From the NCBI GenBank assembly GCA_008632985.1, contig QPGO01000002.1, forward strand, positions 558,001 through 622,000: a stretch of DNA of 64,000 nt, written 5' to 3'. The notes under the pieces are model-generated. The model was given only the letters and a program-made list of their open reading frames with translations. It did not search any database and had not been told where the DNA came from. Each line of letters opens with the position of its first letter. Position 1 is the first letter of the stretch. Position numbers and translations under genes: made by a program. Shown one piece after another: positions 13,281 through 23,860 of the stretch. Source of the stretch: Psammoneis japonica. Its lineage: Eukaryota.

Positions 13281-13456
13281 TGAATAAATTACCCCGTAGT
13301 CGCTTGCTAGAGAGTAAAGTTATAGAAAATCGTTGTAACATCGTGCTGCTATTTCTAAGATTGTGAGTAGATCTCGGATGGAGTCTTCCCGTTCCGAATC
13401 GCCAAATATACAGTTCTAAACACTATTTCCGATAAAACCACATGGTAAATTCTTCA
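13281..13456 (-). repeat. 5' LTR of element B (TpA-rich, largely unmutated)
   Basis: Aligns to the split 3' LTR; followed on the minus strand by TATCAGAGCC (tRNAiMet-type PBS core). Confidence 0.95.
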
Positions 13457-13509
13457 CAGCACTACCGGTGTAATGCGCACAGATGCTGTACGGTGAATGA
13501 GACCGAGCG

Positions 13510-15020
13510 AGAGTGGTTTCGGACAAAACAGCACAAGAATCCAACTTGAAACTAAACAACAAAAGAAAATGCCCATGACTTGTTTTGTTTCACCATCTTC
13601 CTGTCATGACACTCATTGTGTCTTTTTCTCAAACCACCTGATGGTTTGTCACGTTCTTGTGTTTTTGTTTTCTTCTTGTGGTGGTGTGTTTGGTGTGCTG
13701 GTGTGGGGGGGAGAGACTCGACAGAGTGCTGCGCCAACATTTTTCGCAACACAAAGTGCACTTGCAGGACCCTCAACAAGCACGCCAAACATCCACAATT
13801 TGTGCTGCAATCTTTTTTGCCACATGCAACACAACAATCAGTTTGCTCCCAAAAAAGCAGCTGACTCTTGACAGTGTTTTTTCTCTCCTCGCACCTCTGT
13901 GCTTCTCTCCTGCCAAGCCAAGCCCCACAGAGGTGTGCTCTGGACAAGAGTCAAAGACCTGCTGTGTGACCTCCATGTGACAACATTTCCAGCATGACTT
14001 GTGTTGACAACAGAATGGATGATGCTGGCCAGAGGCAGTTTCTTTCAGCTTGGGCATCTTCGGGGCGGGTGCTTGTTTCTTCTTTCTTGCTTCCTTNNNN
14101 NNNNNNNNNNNNNNNNNNNNNNNNNNNNNNNNNNNNNNNNNNNNNNNNNNNNNNNNNNNNNNNNNNNNNNNNNNNNNNNNNNNNNNNNNNNNNNNNNNNN
14201 NNNNNNNNNNNNNNNNNNNNNNNNNNNNNNNNNNNNNNNNNNNNNNNNNNNNNNNNNNNNNNNNNNNNNNNNNNNNNNNNNNNNNNNNNNNNNNNNNNNN
14301 NNNNNNNNNNNNNNNNNNNNNNNNNNNNNNNNNNNNNNNNNNNNNNNNNNNNNNNNNNNNNNNNNNNNNNNNNNNNNNNNNNNNNNNNNNNNNNNNNNNN
14401 NNNNNNNNNNNNNNNNNNNNNNNNNNNNNNNNNNNNNNNNNNNNNNNNNNNNNNNNNNNNNNNNNNNNNNNNNNNNNNNNNNNNNNNNNNNNNNNNNNNN
14501 NNNNNNNNNNNNNNNNNNNNNNNNNNNNNNNNNNNNNNNNNNNNNNNNNNNNNNNNNNNNNNNNNNNNNNNNNNNNNNNNNNNNNNNNNNNNNNNNNNNN
14601 NNNNNNNNNNNNNNNNNNNNNNNNNNNNNNNNNNNNNNNNNNNNNNNNNNNNNNNNNNNNNNNNNNNNNNNNNNNNNNNNNNNNNNNNNNNNNNNNNNNN
14701 NNNNNNNNNNNNNNNNNNNNNNNNNNNNNNNNNNNNNNNNNNNNNNNNNNNNNNNNNNNNNNNNNNNTGGACATCAGGGTTGGCCACTGTCAATCAAAAG
14801 TCTAAATCTCAAATGACAGAGGCACAAGATGCATGCTCCAAAAACATCCATCACTCTTCAAACTGTGGTGCAGTGCTCACCCAACAATGAGCAACTTGCC
14901 TCTTTGTTCTTCTCTTGGCTCCTCATTCTCTGAGCCACCTTCAAACCATGTTTTCTCTGCACATGCTGGTGTGCTCAAACACATGTTGTTTTCCAAGTTG
15001 CCGCCAGAAGCTGTGGCCCC
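13510..15020 (+). repeat. Dispersed repeat X, right part, spanning an N gap
   Basis: ~13516-14096 is similar to ~24254-24879; ~14940-15020 is similar to ~25711-25777. Confidence 0.75.
14097..14767. other. Assembly gap
   Basis: Run of N. Confidence 1.
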
Positions 15021-16099
15021 AAACCATCCAACACTCCATCCAATGCTGCCAAAAGCAACAAAAGCACAAGTGCTGTCTCTTGATGCAACATTTGTTGAGT
15101 GCACAATTGTGACCAGAGCTTCTGTTGTGTGTGTGTGTGTGCACCATCCACAATTTTTTATTCCTTGTGAGGTCTGTTTTTGATGTGTCAAAGACTGAGC
15201 TCAATGTGCAATCTCAACCTCAAATGAACAGTTGCACCCAAACCCAATTGATGCATCATGCACAGGAGCAGGGTTTGAGCAGCTGGGTGGTGACAGAAAA
15301 TTCCAGTGTTGTGAAAGTTGTGAGACCATTCTTCACGAGCTTGAGCCCCCACATGAGATGCGCTGATTGTGAGGTGGACAGCTGGATCATGACTTGCTTG
15401 CATGAAACTCCTGTGGACAATGGCGGACTCTCACAAGGTGCTTCTGCATGATCAGCTGCCCCCATGGGCCAGCCTGCAGATGCAGGATGTGCTGTGCAAT
15501 CCAGGGTTGCCCGCTGCACAGTGGCGCAGGATTGTCATTGTCCAAGCCAGCCAGCACTGTGCAATTGTTTGGGCAAACAAAGCTTGACAAACAACCATCC
15601 AATCATTCTCATTAGCTGGAGCTGCTGATGGCATGACTGCCAACAATCTGGGCTTGTGCCCTGTTGCTTGTGGTGCTGCTGATGCCGGTTTTGTCATGCG
15701 CCAAAGAGTGCAGACCTTTGAAACATGCACCAGTCTGCACAGCTGCCACTGCGTGCTGGGTTGACCCAAAGTCTGATGAACCTCACCTGCTGCCAGCCCA
15801 CAAGGCCATGCACTTTGAGGCCCAGATGAAAAATTTGCTCTCATGCCTTGGCCAACTGTGCCCAAATGTGCTGTGGCTGTTCATGGCACACCTTGCCAGT
15901 TTGACAAGAGCAACACTCCTCACTCACAGCTGCATTCTTCCCTGGCTCAAAAGTCACAACCTTCCTGCAACCAGAGGGAGTTTTGCTGGCAATTGAATCT
16001 GACAAACCTGCTCAGGTGGGACCTGGACAATCTGCCATGACTGGAGCTGACATTGCTGCTAAAGTGGGAGCCCTTGTTGATGCATCTTTTGGACAAAAG

Positions 16100-16430
16100 G
16101 CGGGAGATGTCCAAAGTGAAGGTGGCGTGGAATGAGGAGGATGGTGGCACCCCAGAACAGATCGAGGAAGGCAAGAACCCAAATGTGGTCAGCTGTCAAA
16201 ACATCAAATGTCATTTGGGTGGAAGAAATCATGGCCACAAACTTCAAAATGAAACAAGCCAAACAAGTCTTGTTGCTTGACTGTGACACACAGTCAGGAG
16301 CTTTCATCATGGGCAATGGCAAGAATTTTGCAGCCAGTGTGGAGAAATGGTGGAACAGATGCAGGTGCATGCCGGCATTGTGGCAGCTTTGGCACAAAAC
16401 CTGGATGCTTGTGAAGTGCGGTTGATGAGA
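16100..16430 (+). pseudogene. Highly decayed copia RT fragment
   Basis: KVKVAW..PEQIEEGK..VSCQNIKCHL resembles the element B RT region (VAKAF..VGCQHIRCHL). Confidence 0.45.
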
Positions 16431-17479
16431 TTGCAACACTGTTTGTCCGATGGATTTGCCATGGGCCATGGCAAGAGCAGGGCGCAGCTTTTAGTTGGCG
16501 GCAAGATGGTCAAAGAAGTTGCATGAGGCGCATGATGCATCCAGTTTCCAAGAGCATCTCTTGACAATTGCCTGGACAGGATGCACAATGCAGAAGCTGA
16601 CATGCCATAGTCTAGAACCAGAACAGATGCACATTAGAACCAGAGTGGATGTGCCAAGCTCAACCGTGCCTGAACTTCGCCTCTAATCCTGTCAGCATGC
16701 AAATTGTCTCCTCCCCTTCAGCACCGACATGGAGGTTGAATGCCTTCTCTTCTTTCCCCATCTGCTCATGGGGTTTGCTGCTAAACCGCCTGTGCATTGA
16801 TTGGGCTTCTCATGGGCTTTATAAACTGACTGGTTGGAGAGTGGACGTGTGCCTCCAACGAAATTAAAGTGAGTGTGACTGCATTTCCAGACAGCGACGG
16901 GGAATGAGAGGAGCTCGGTCAAATCGGACGAAAAGCAACAGGTCAACGCATCCGCAGTGTGTCTGGGATGACCAGTCCCATCCAAATGAGGCATGTGCCG
17001 TGCCTTGACCAATTCATCCCACAACCACTGCAGATTTTCTCGATGCCATTGACGCGTTTCTGTTTTGCTGACAAATTTCGAAGCTCTCCACCGCCGTCCG
17101 TTTGGGAGAATGACAAAGCACAGTCATTCATTAAAACATTTTGGCACACACGATGGCATCTGATCATGGCGATGTTCCCAACATGCGGAACCGCAAAAAT
17201 CCAGCGCGTGCATCTCCAGCAAATCTCGTTCTGTGCATGTGAGCCATCCAGGCTGCTCCGACACACTTCTTGATTTCCTGCCTCGGGCATTGTGCATCTC
17301 GTGATTTCCGATGACAAACAACACCTTTTCATGCTGATCAGTTTGCCAGTGCAAGAAAGCACGCAGCGAATCGGCAAAGACAAGCCCAACATCGCCGAGC
17401 AATGCCAAGACGGAAGCATGCAGAACAAATGAAATTCTCTCGTGCACTTGCTGATTCCAACCCGTCAAACTGATTCCAA

Positions 17480-17800
17480 CCCCAGACAGAACACTTCACA
17501 GTTGTAACACTTTGTAAGTTGCTCCAGTCGGAAATGTAAAATGTGAATCACCAAGTCACTTGAGGATGGGAATGCCTGCTGATTTGAGTTCCAGCTCCTC
17601 ATTGGCATCTCATCACACTCTCTCGCAACTGAAGACCACAGCTTTCCTGCCTCTTCCAAGGATCTCTGCTCAACGTATTTGGCAAGATGCACGAAGCTGA
17701 TGTTCCAAGCAATGGAGACAGATGCTGGGCGAGGTGCAATCAAAGTCACATCTCCTCCAAGATTGGCAAACGTGCAGCAACATTCAATTCCTTCGGCATC
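17480..17800 (-). pseudogene. Decayed gene resembling the NLGGDA-motif family (recalled as DUF6940-like)
   Basis: FANLGGDVTLIAP...HLAKYV...LW..VA...LHFRLEQLTKCY; family assignment from memory only. Confidence 0.4.
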
Positions 17801-17899
17801 GCATTCTTCGTTCAGTTTCCTTGACATTTTTGTCTAAAGTGCTCTCAAGGTGATGGTTCCCGACCGTGTCGTCACCGCTGCTCATTGTGTCCAGCTGCC

Positions 17900-19500
17900 A
17901 TCACTCCCGCAGAGCCTGCCCGATTGTTGCTTCCAGCATCCCAATCAATTTCCATCCGAAATCTCTGTGTTGTCGTCACTGCCACTGGCAGATCCAAGTG
18001 GATGTTCAGAAAAGGTTTCGGGATCAGCCCCAGCTGCATTCTCTCTAGACAGAGAGACGGGTCCAGGGTGTGCTCAAGTGGAAAATGAATCAACACTTCC
18101 TCTACACTCGAAAAGCATTCCTTTCCACTTTGCCTGTTGCAGAACGCTTGAAAACTCACTCGCAAGAGTTGAGAGAAGCAACAAAAGTCTCGCCCACGTC
18201 CCGGATGAAATGGGAAGCCCTTTTGCCAATCCCCCATGTTTGGCAATGGCTGGCACAGACATGCACCCTTCAAACAAGTCAGACTTGCTAATTCCTCCTC
18301 TCTCCACTGTCTCCCCAAACACATCCATTTGGAGTGGCCCACGCTCCCATTCCAAGGGATCTGTCCGGCCCAAATTGTGAGCGTCACCGCGTCAGCAAGC
18401 GGGTGAGCAACCAACGGCACAAGAACAAAACCGAGGAGCCAAGGTGTGCTTTGACCTGCAACATCACATCCAGCTCATTTTGCCATCAATGTTGTCATCG
18501 AAACTAAAAGGAATGATGGCCGACCTCAATGATGAGAGTGCGCAACGGAACATTGTCTGAGCCCTGTCTTCACTTCATGCGGCAAAACACAGACGGCCGC
18601 AGTGTCACACAGAACAGCCCACCCCATTTTAACAGTACACCGCCGCACATGAAAAGCAAGAAAATGGGATTTGACGCCCAAACGATTCGGCCCTTTCTGC
18701 AGCGGATGGTCCACACCCCGAATGCAACAGAAAGATGAACTGCAATGGCCGAAAGGGCAAGGCCAAGGCCACGCATTGCCCCGTTCAGGCAATTGTGATC
18801 CACCTGGACCTTTGGGCAGAGGCGGTTGCAGCAAACACATGGGGCCAAACTGCGCCACGTTCCCATCTCGAATGAAGTCTGCTCAACAGCATCAAACGTG
18901 GAACTCCCGTTTTCAGTGCCCAATGAAGTCGAGCAACTGGCAATGTGCGTGGTCAAATCAAGAGACCCTGTCGTCGGGTCGACGACAGTGGAACCCGCAG
19001 CACCCACAAAGATTTGCATTGACGGCATGCTCGCAATGGGAGTCGTCGCCGTCAAAGTGAGCGACGGGGGTCTGTTGCAGCACAAGCAGCTGATCCCATG
19101 GAGATTGTAGAATCACACAGAAAGATCCCCAGATCTGGAGACTTGAATGTTCTTTCGACTGGAAGCTGATCTCCCCGTGATCGGGATGGTTCTGGAGCTC
19201 TTGTGCTCGAAACCAATGCATCTAGCGCACGAGTTCCTGGCATCCTGGCTGGACAAAGAGCACGGAACTCATTCCACGAGCCACTTGCAGGATGCAGGCC
19301 ATCTGAGAAAAATCCAGACATGGTCATTTCCAGCGATCCCCTGGCGACAGTGAAGCAAGAGCATCAGGTGGTTCATGCCAAGAGAGTGATTCCGGACCGT
19401 AGCGGTAAAGTGCAGTGTTGCCCGCCATGCCGCGATGATGGTGTGATGCGGCTGGCCGATGCAAACAACGATCAAGATGGAAGATAGATCGATCACCGCG
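17900..19500 (-). pseudogene. Class C GPCR (GABA-B-receptor-like, 7tm_3) pseudogene
   Basis: WTIRCRKGRIVWASNPIFLLFMCGGVLL (cf. xxxVxASQPxFL), DPLEWER and GIAGNDHVWIF, scattered over several frames. Confidence 0.65.
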
Positions 19501-19922
19501 CTGCTGTGGACTCAGCACAGCACAGCAAATGTGATTTAAAGACATCGACATTGTTCAACTGCCCCACACAAACAACATCTAAATGACAAATGTCATGGGC
19601 GTGTGAACAGCGGAAAGCAAGACAAAGATGCATTGCCTCACCAGACTTTTGGCGAAGTCGTCAGGAGCAAACGAGCAAACAAAAGCGCCATGACGATGAC
19701 GATTGCAGCGGCATTCCTGTCCCGAGTTTGGATTCGAGATGATCACTTGGATCAAACCCAGTGCCGGTTTAAATTGTGTCAAAACCAACTTGTCACTTCG
19801 CGGACACGATTCCCTACACGCGAAAATCTGAAAGCTGCAAGCACGCACTTTCCCACGCACTTTCTTCGTCTCACAATCGCAGTTCTGGCAAGAAAGCAAA
19901 GCATCGCATCAACAATGTCACC

Positions 19923-21174
19923 ATGTTGCACGCTTTCCTCTTCTTGAACGCTTTGTTTCTCATTGGCAACTATGGCCGAGCCATCTCTTGCCTGCGTGGG
20001 GATCCTAAAGAGTTCCCGGTGGGCGCGGTGCTCTGCTTCGTCTTGTGTTGCTTGTTGAGGAACATCGACGTCTGGATCGTCGTCCGAACCTTTGTGGTTG
20101 CATTTCTCATCTGGCTCCACACGATCCTTGCTACGGCATTGCCCAAGCAGACAAGGTGGAATTGTTCTGAATTTAACCAGCCTCCCCACGTTCGTCGCAG
20201 CCACTTTGTGGAGGCGCAACGCAAGACGTGTTGTTACGACGTCAATGAGCCATTTGCATCGTAAGTTTTTGTTGCTCTTGTTGCACTGCCTGTCATTATG
20301 ACGCTTGTTTCTAATGTCACCTTCTTTCTTTGATGTTCCATTTCTTGCGTTCAGCTCTGCTGACGGCACTGGTTCCAACAGTGGAGTGGCTCACGAGCCG
20401 TCTTCAAACTACAACCCCCCACCCTCCGTCGATTTTAAAGAAAAAGACAATGTCAAAGCTTCACCCTCCAAGCCGAGCCTTCCAAAGTACCGCTGCAACG
20501 TCAAACCAGAAAAAGACAACGTCCAAGCTTCACCTGTCAAGTCGAGCCCTCCAAAGTGCCAGTGCAGAGTCGGTGAGAGAGTTTTGTGCACGAATGGCAA
20601 TGCCAACGACGTCGCTTCTGCCAAGATCATCAGTGTTCACCGCGACGACAAAACTCCATGCTACACTGTCCTCTTCTCTAATGACAGAGAGAGGCAGACG
20701 GTTGAAAAGAATCTATCGCCCATCCCAAAAACACCAACGTCAGAAAAAGACGACATCGAAGCATCGCCTCACAAGCCGAGCCCTCCAAAGCACCAGTGCA
20801 AAGTCGGCGAGAACGTCAAGCACACGAATGGCAATGCCAACGACGTCGCTTCTGCCAAGATCATTGGCATTCACCTTGACGACAAAACTCCGCACTACAC
20901 TGTCCTCTTCTCCAACGGCAGAGAGCGACAGACAGAAGAAAAGAATCTATCTCCCGCCCCCAAAAAACCGACATCCAAGTACGAGAAGGGCCAAGACGTG
21001 CATCACTGCCGCAACAACACTCGTGCATTGGCCAAGATTCTCAGGGTGTACTTTGATGATGATCTCGTGGCGTGTTGCGACATTAAATGTATGGATGGGA
21101 GCGAGAGGCAGACGATTGACAAGCACCTGGAGGAATGTCCGGCTCCCGAGTTGCAGGGAGTGCGACGAGGCTGA
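19923..21174 (+). CDS. Two-exon membrane protein with three SH3/Tudor-like repeats; partly TpA-mutated, possibly a pseudogene
   Basis: Exon 19923-20260, GTAAG...CAG intron 20261-20354 splicing in frame, exon 20355-21174; repeats of VG..V..TNG..AKI..VH.DD.TP.YTVLFS..RERQT.EKNL. Confidence 0.7.
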
Positions 21175-21949
21175 GTTTTTTGCTGTTGCGGGTGGAGAAG
21201 ATCGTCTGTGATTGCACATCTTATTTTTCGTTCAGGCCTGCATTGTCGTGAAGACGTGTTGGGCAGAAATTGTTTCAGATGTCAGCTTGTGGTGCGCACT
21301 CACTTGTCATTTTGGCACTCGAGTTTAACTGCAGCAGCAAAGTTGGAAGAGGCTTTCCAGATCTCGCATTCAGGCACGCATTGTCAAGAAGACACATGTG
21401 AGTTGGCCGCCGTTTCGGAACTGGTTTTGCACACCGGCAGAAGAGAATGCAAGATCTGTTCGCCTCTGAAAGCCAATGTTGAACAGCAGCAACCCTTGTT
21501 CCAATTTTCAAGTCGAAAACCATTGCAGGACTGGCGGAATCGAATGAGAAAACGAGAAACAAACATTGGACGGGCTTTTTGCGTGCAAGGTAGAAGCTCA
21601 CGGATTCTTGGGTTTAGCATGGCGGGCATGGGGCATGGGAGTGGGGCTGGGGCTCGAGAGGGATCAGTTGGCGTGCTGTAGAGCATTGGCCTGCAGATCA
21701 AGATTGTGAAAACAAAACAAAAATTAGAAAACGCACCACAATCAGAACATCTCTTTCGCGCTTTTGAAAACTCGCTTTCACATCGTCCTGCTTGCAATCA
21801 TCCGCTGACAGTGCAAGTGAGGCAATTGAGACTGTTGTTGAGTGCCAGGTCATTGGTTGAGAGCGTCTGCTTTGTCCAAAGATTGCCACACAGGTTGCGA
21901 CCATCAGCATTGAGCATCTCATGCACCGCACGAATCCACCAGGCCCGTT

Positions 21950-23560
21950 TCAGGCTTGGTCGGCAATCTCAAGGGCGATCTCCATCAGAATGTCAAGGAT
22001 CTTTGCATCGTTCAGGACCCGACAAAGGAAAAAAAGCATCCCAAGTAGCTCGCGGCCAGTTGCAAATCATTTGGTGCCGAGGAGGACGCGTCCGTGGAGG
22101 TGTTGCTTGCATCGGATCGGGCATTGCTGCACACCTCACTCGACACTTTGCCGACGCCTGTCCATTGGCGCCTTGTGCTGATGCTGTGGACGACACAGGC
22201 CATGCCTCAGAACGGCAAGACACACGTGCAGGACTTGGTTGCCATTGCCGATGATGCCCGTCGTCTGTTGCGCGAGCGTCGCAGACATTCTTTCTGTGTC
22301 TTGATGCGCCACAATTGTTCAGGTGGAGGCGAACATGATGGCTTCTTGTCGCCATCTGTGCCGGTTTGTGGCTGCATCGGAGTTGAAGTAGTTTCCGACT
22401 TGGAAACAAAGTTTGCAAAGCACTTGGACCATTTGGCACTGAATAAAAGACGAGCAGCGTGCAACAATAAATTGGCACATGCGTCCGTTCAACAAAAAGC
22501 ATTGATAAAAACAATGACACGTGCCCTTCGCCAAGCATGCGCACTGTCTGGAATGGGATCAATTGTTTCACAAATTCGCCTCAGCTAATCGTGTTCACAA
22601 CCGTGAGGTGGCATGGACAATCCGAGGAACAGTTCTGCCGCCACGCGTCCCAAGGACCACATGTCAACAGCGGAATCGTACGGCAGCCGTAGAGTGGAAG
22701 AACTTCCGGGCTGCGGTAAAATCGAAATTGAATGTAGCTATGAGCCGTGTTTCCTTCACATTGCAAGCCGAACCGAAAGCAATTGACTTGACATTGCTCG
22801 AATGAGACTGCTTCTCGGTCAGCAAGATGTTCTCAGGCTTCAGATTGCAATGAACAAATGATCGCTAACACAATTCCTTCACGCCGTCCACTGTTTTCAC
22901 GAGCAGCGGCCGAACCTTTGTCAAGGGCACCCTCTAACTGCCGATGATTCAAAACCCCAACAATTCAAACACCAAGCAAAGGTGATTCTGATGCGGACTG
23001 TACGATTGCAGGTGCACTGTCTTGCGGTTTTCGCTTTAACGTTAATGGCCAAGAAATCCTTGTCTTTGCTCAGCACCAAAGACATAATCTCCACAGCTGC
23101 TTGTTGTGTACAAGCTTGACTGTTCTTCACCACTTTCAGGGCCACAAAGACTGCCATGATAAACAGGGAGTGAGTTGAGATGCGTTGCATGCCACTGGTC
23201 ATGCGGCTCTCTAAGCCACAAACGCACCGTTCCACCGCCTGGTAGACCTGTTCCTTGCGCAAGGCGTCTGCATGCTTTTCGTGCACCAACAAGCAATCAG
23301 GAGCCACGCGCTAATTTTTTATTGCAAAAACAGAAATGGAAATGAGTTCCACAGCAGCAATTCAAAGTCAACAGGAACAGCATTTTCAAATTCCAAAACT
23401 CCATTTACATGACCTTTGTCCCACATAGAAAGTTTTGCACCAACTGATGCGTTCCTCGGCTCAATCTTTACAAGAGAGAAAAGAGCAGTTGGCAAGATTA
23501 ATGCGTTGTGCAATTCCTCCACTTTCACGCGCAACATGCAGCATGCTTGCCCTTCCAACT
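21950..23560 (-). pseudogene. DYRK/YAK1-type protein kinase pseudogene
   Basis: VALKVVKN..QAAVEI, HCNLKPENILL, FGSAC, YIQFRFYRSPEVL (cf. YIQSRFYRSPEV); many frameshifts. Confidence 0.75.
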
Positions 23561-23860
23561 TCCAACACGTTCCGATCCGGTAAACAAAATGGTCCATCAT
23601 TCCTTTTACAAGAGTGTCTCTGTTTTCTTCCACGCCGCCTTGAACAACTGCTTAAAACAAAGAAGAGGGAAAACAGGAAGCGTCAGAAGAACGAGCTCTT
23701 CCACAAGACATGCAATGCACACACATGAGCATCTGCCAGGGGGTGCACACACACACCTTGCAATGCTCCCGGATCAAAACAGTGTGTCACCAATTCTTGC
23801 AGGAGCACCAAGAGCGCCCGACCGCACTGCGTCTCTCATCCTCCCAGAGTCGGTCCGACA

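Larger units (their letters stand above)
313..13456 (-). mobile_element. Ty1/copia (CoDi-like) LTR retrotransposon B, full length; its 3' LTR is interrupted by element A
   Basis: 5' LTR 13281-13456 (176 bp) matches 313-396 joined to 6711-6805; minus-strand TG...CA ends; PPT-like GAGGGGAC at 6806-6813; CAGC duplicated at 309-312 and 13457-13460. Confidence 0.95.

Noticed and set aside
12595..13500. Classical RIP (CpA->TpA) having created the TA-rich island
   Set aside because: Conserved Tyr motifs show TA is ancestral in the elements, and both LTRs of element A lost TA independently
13773..14890. Long ORFs across N runs (also 24770-25941)
   Set aside because: Artefacts of assembly gaps
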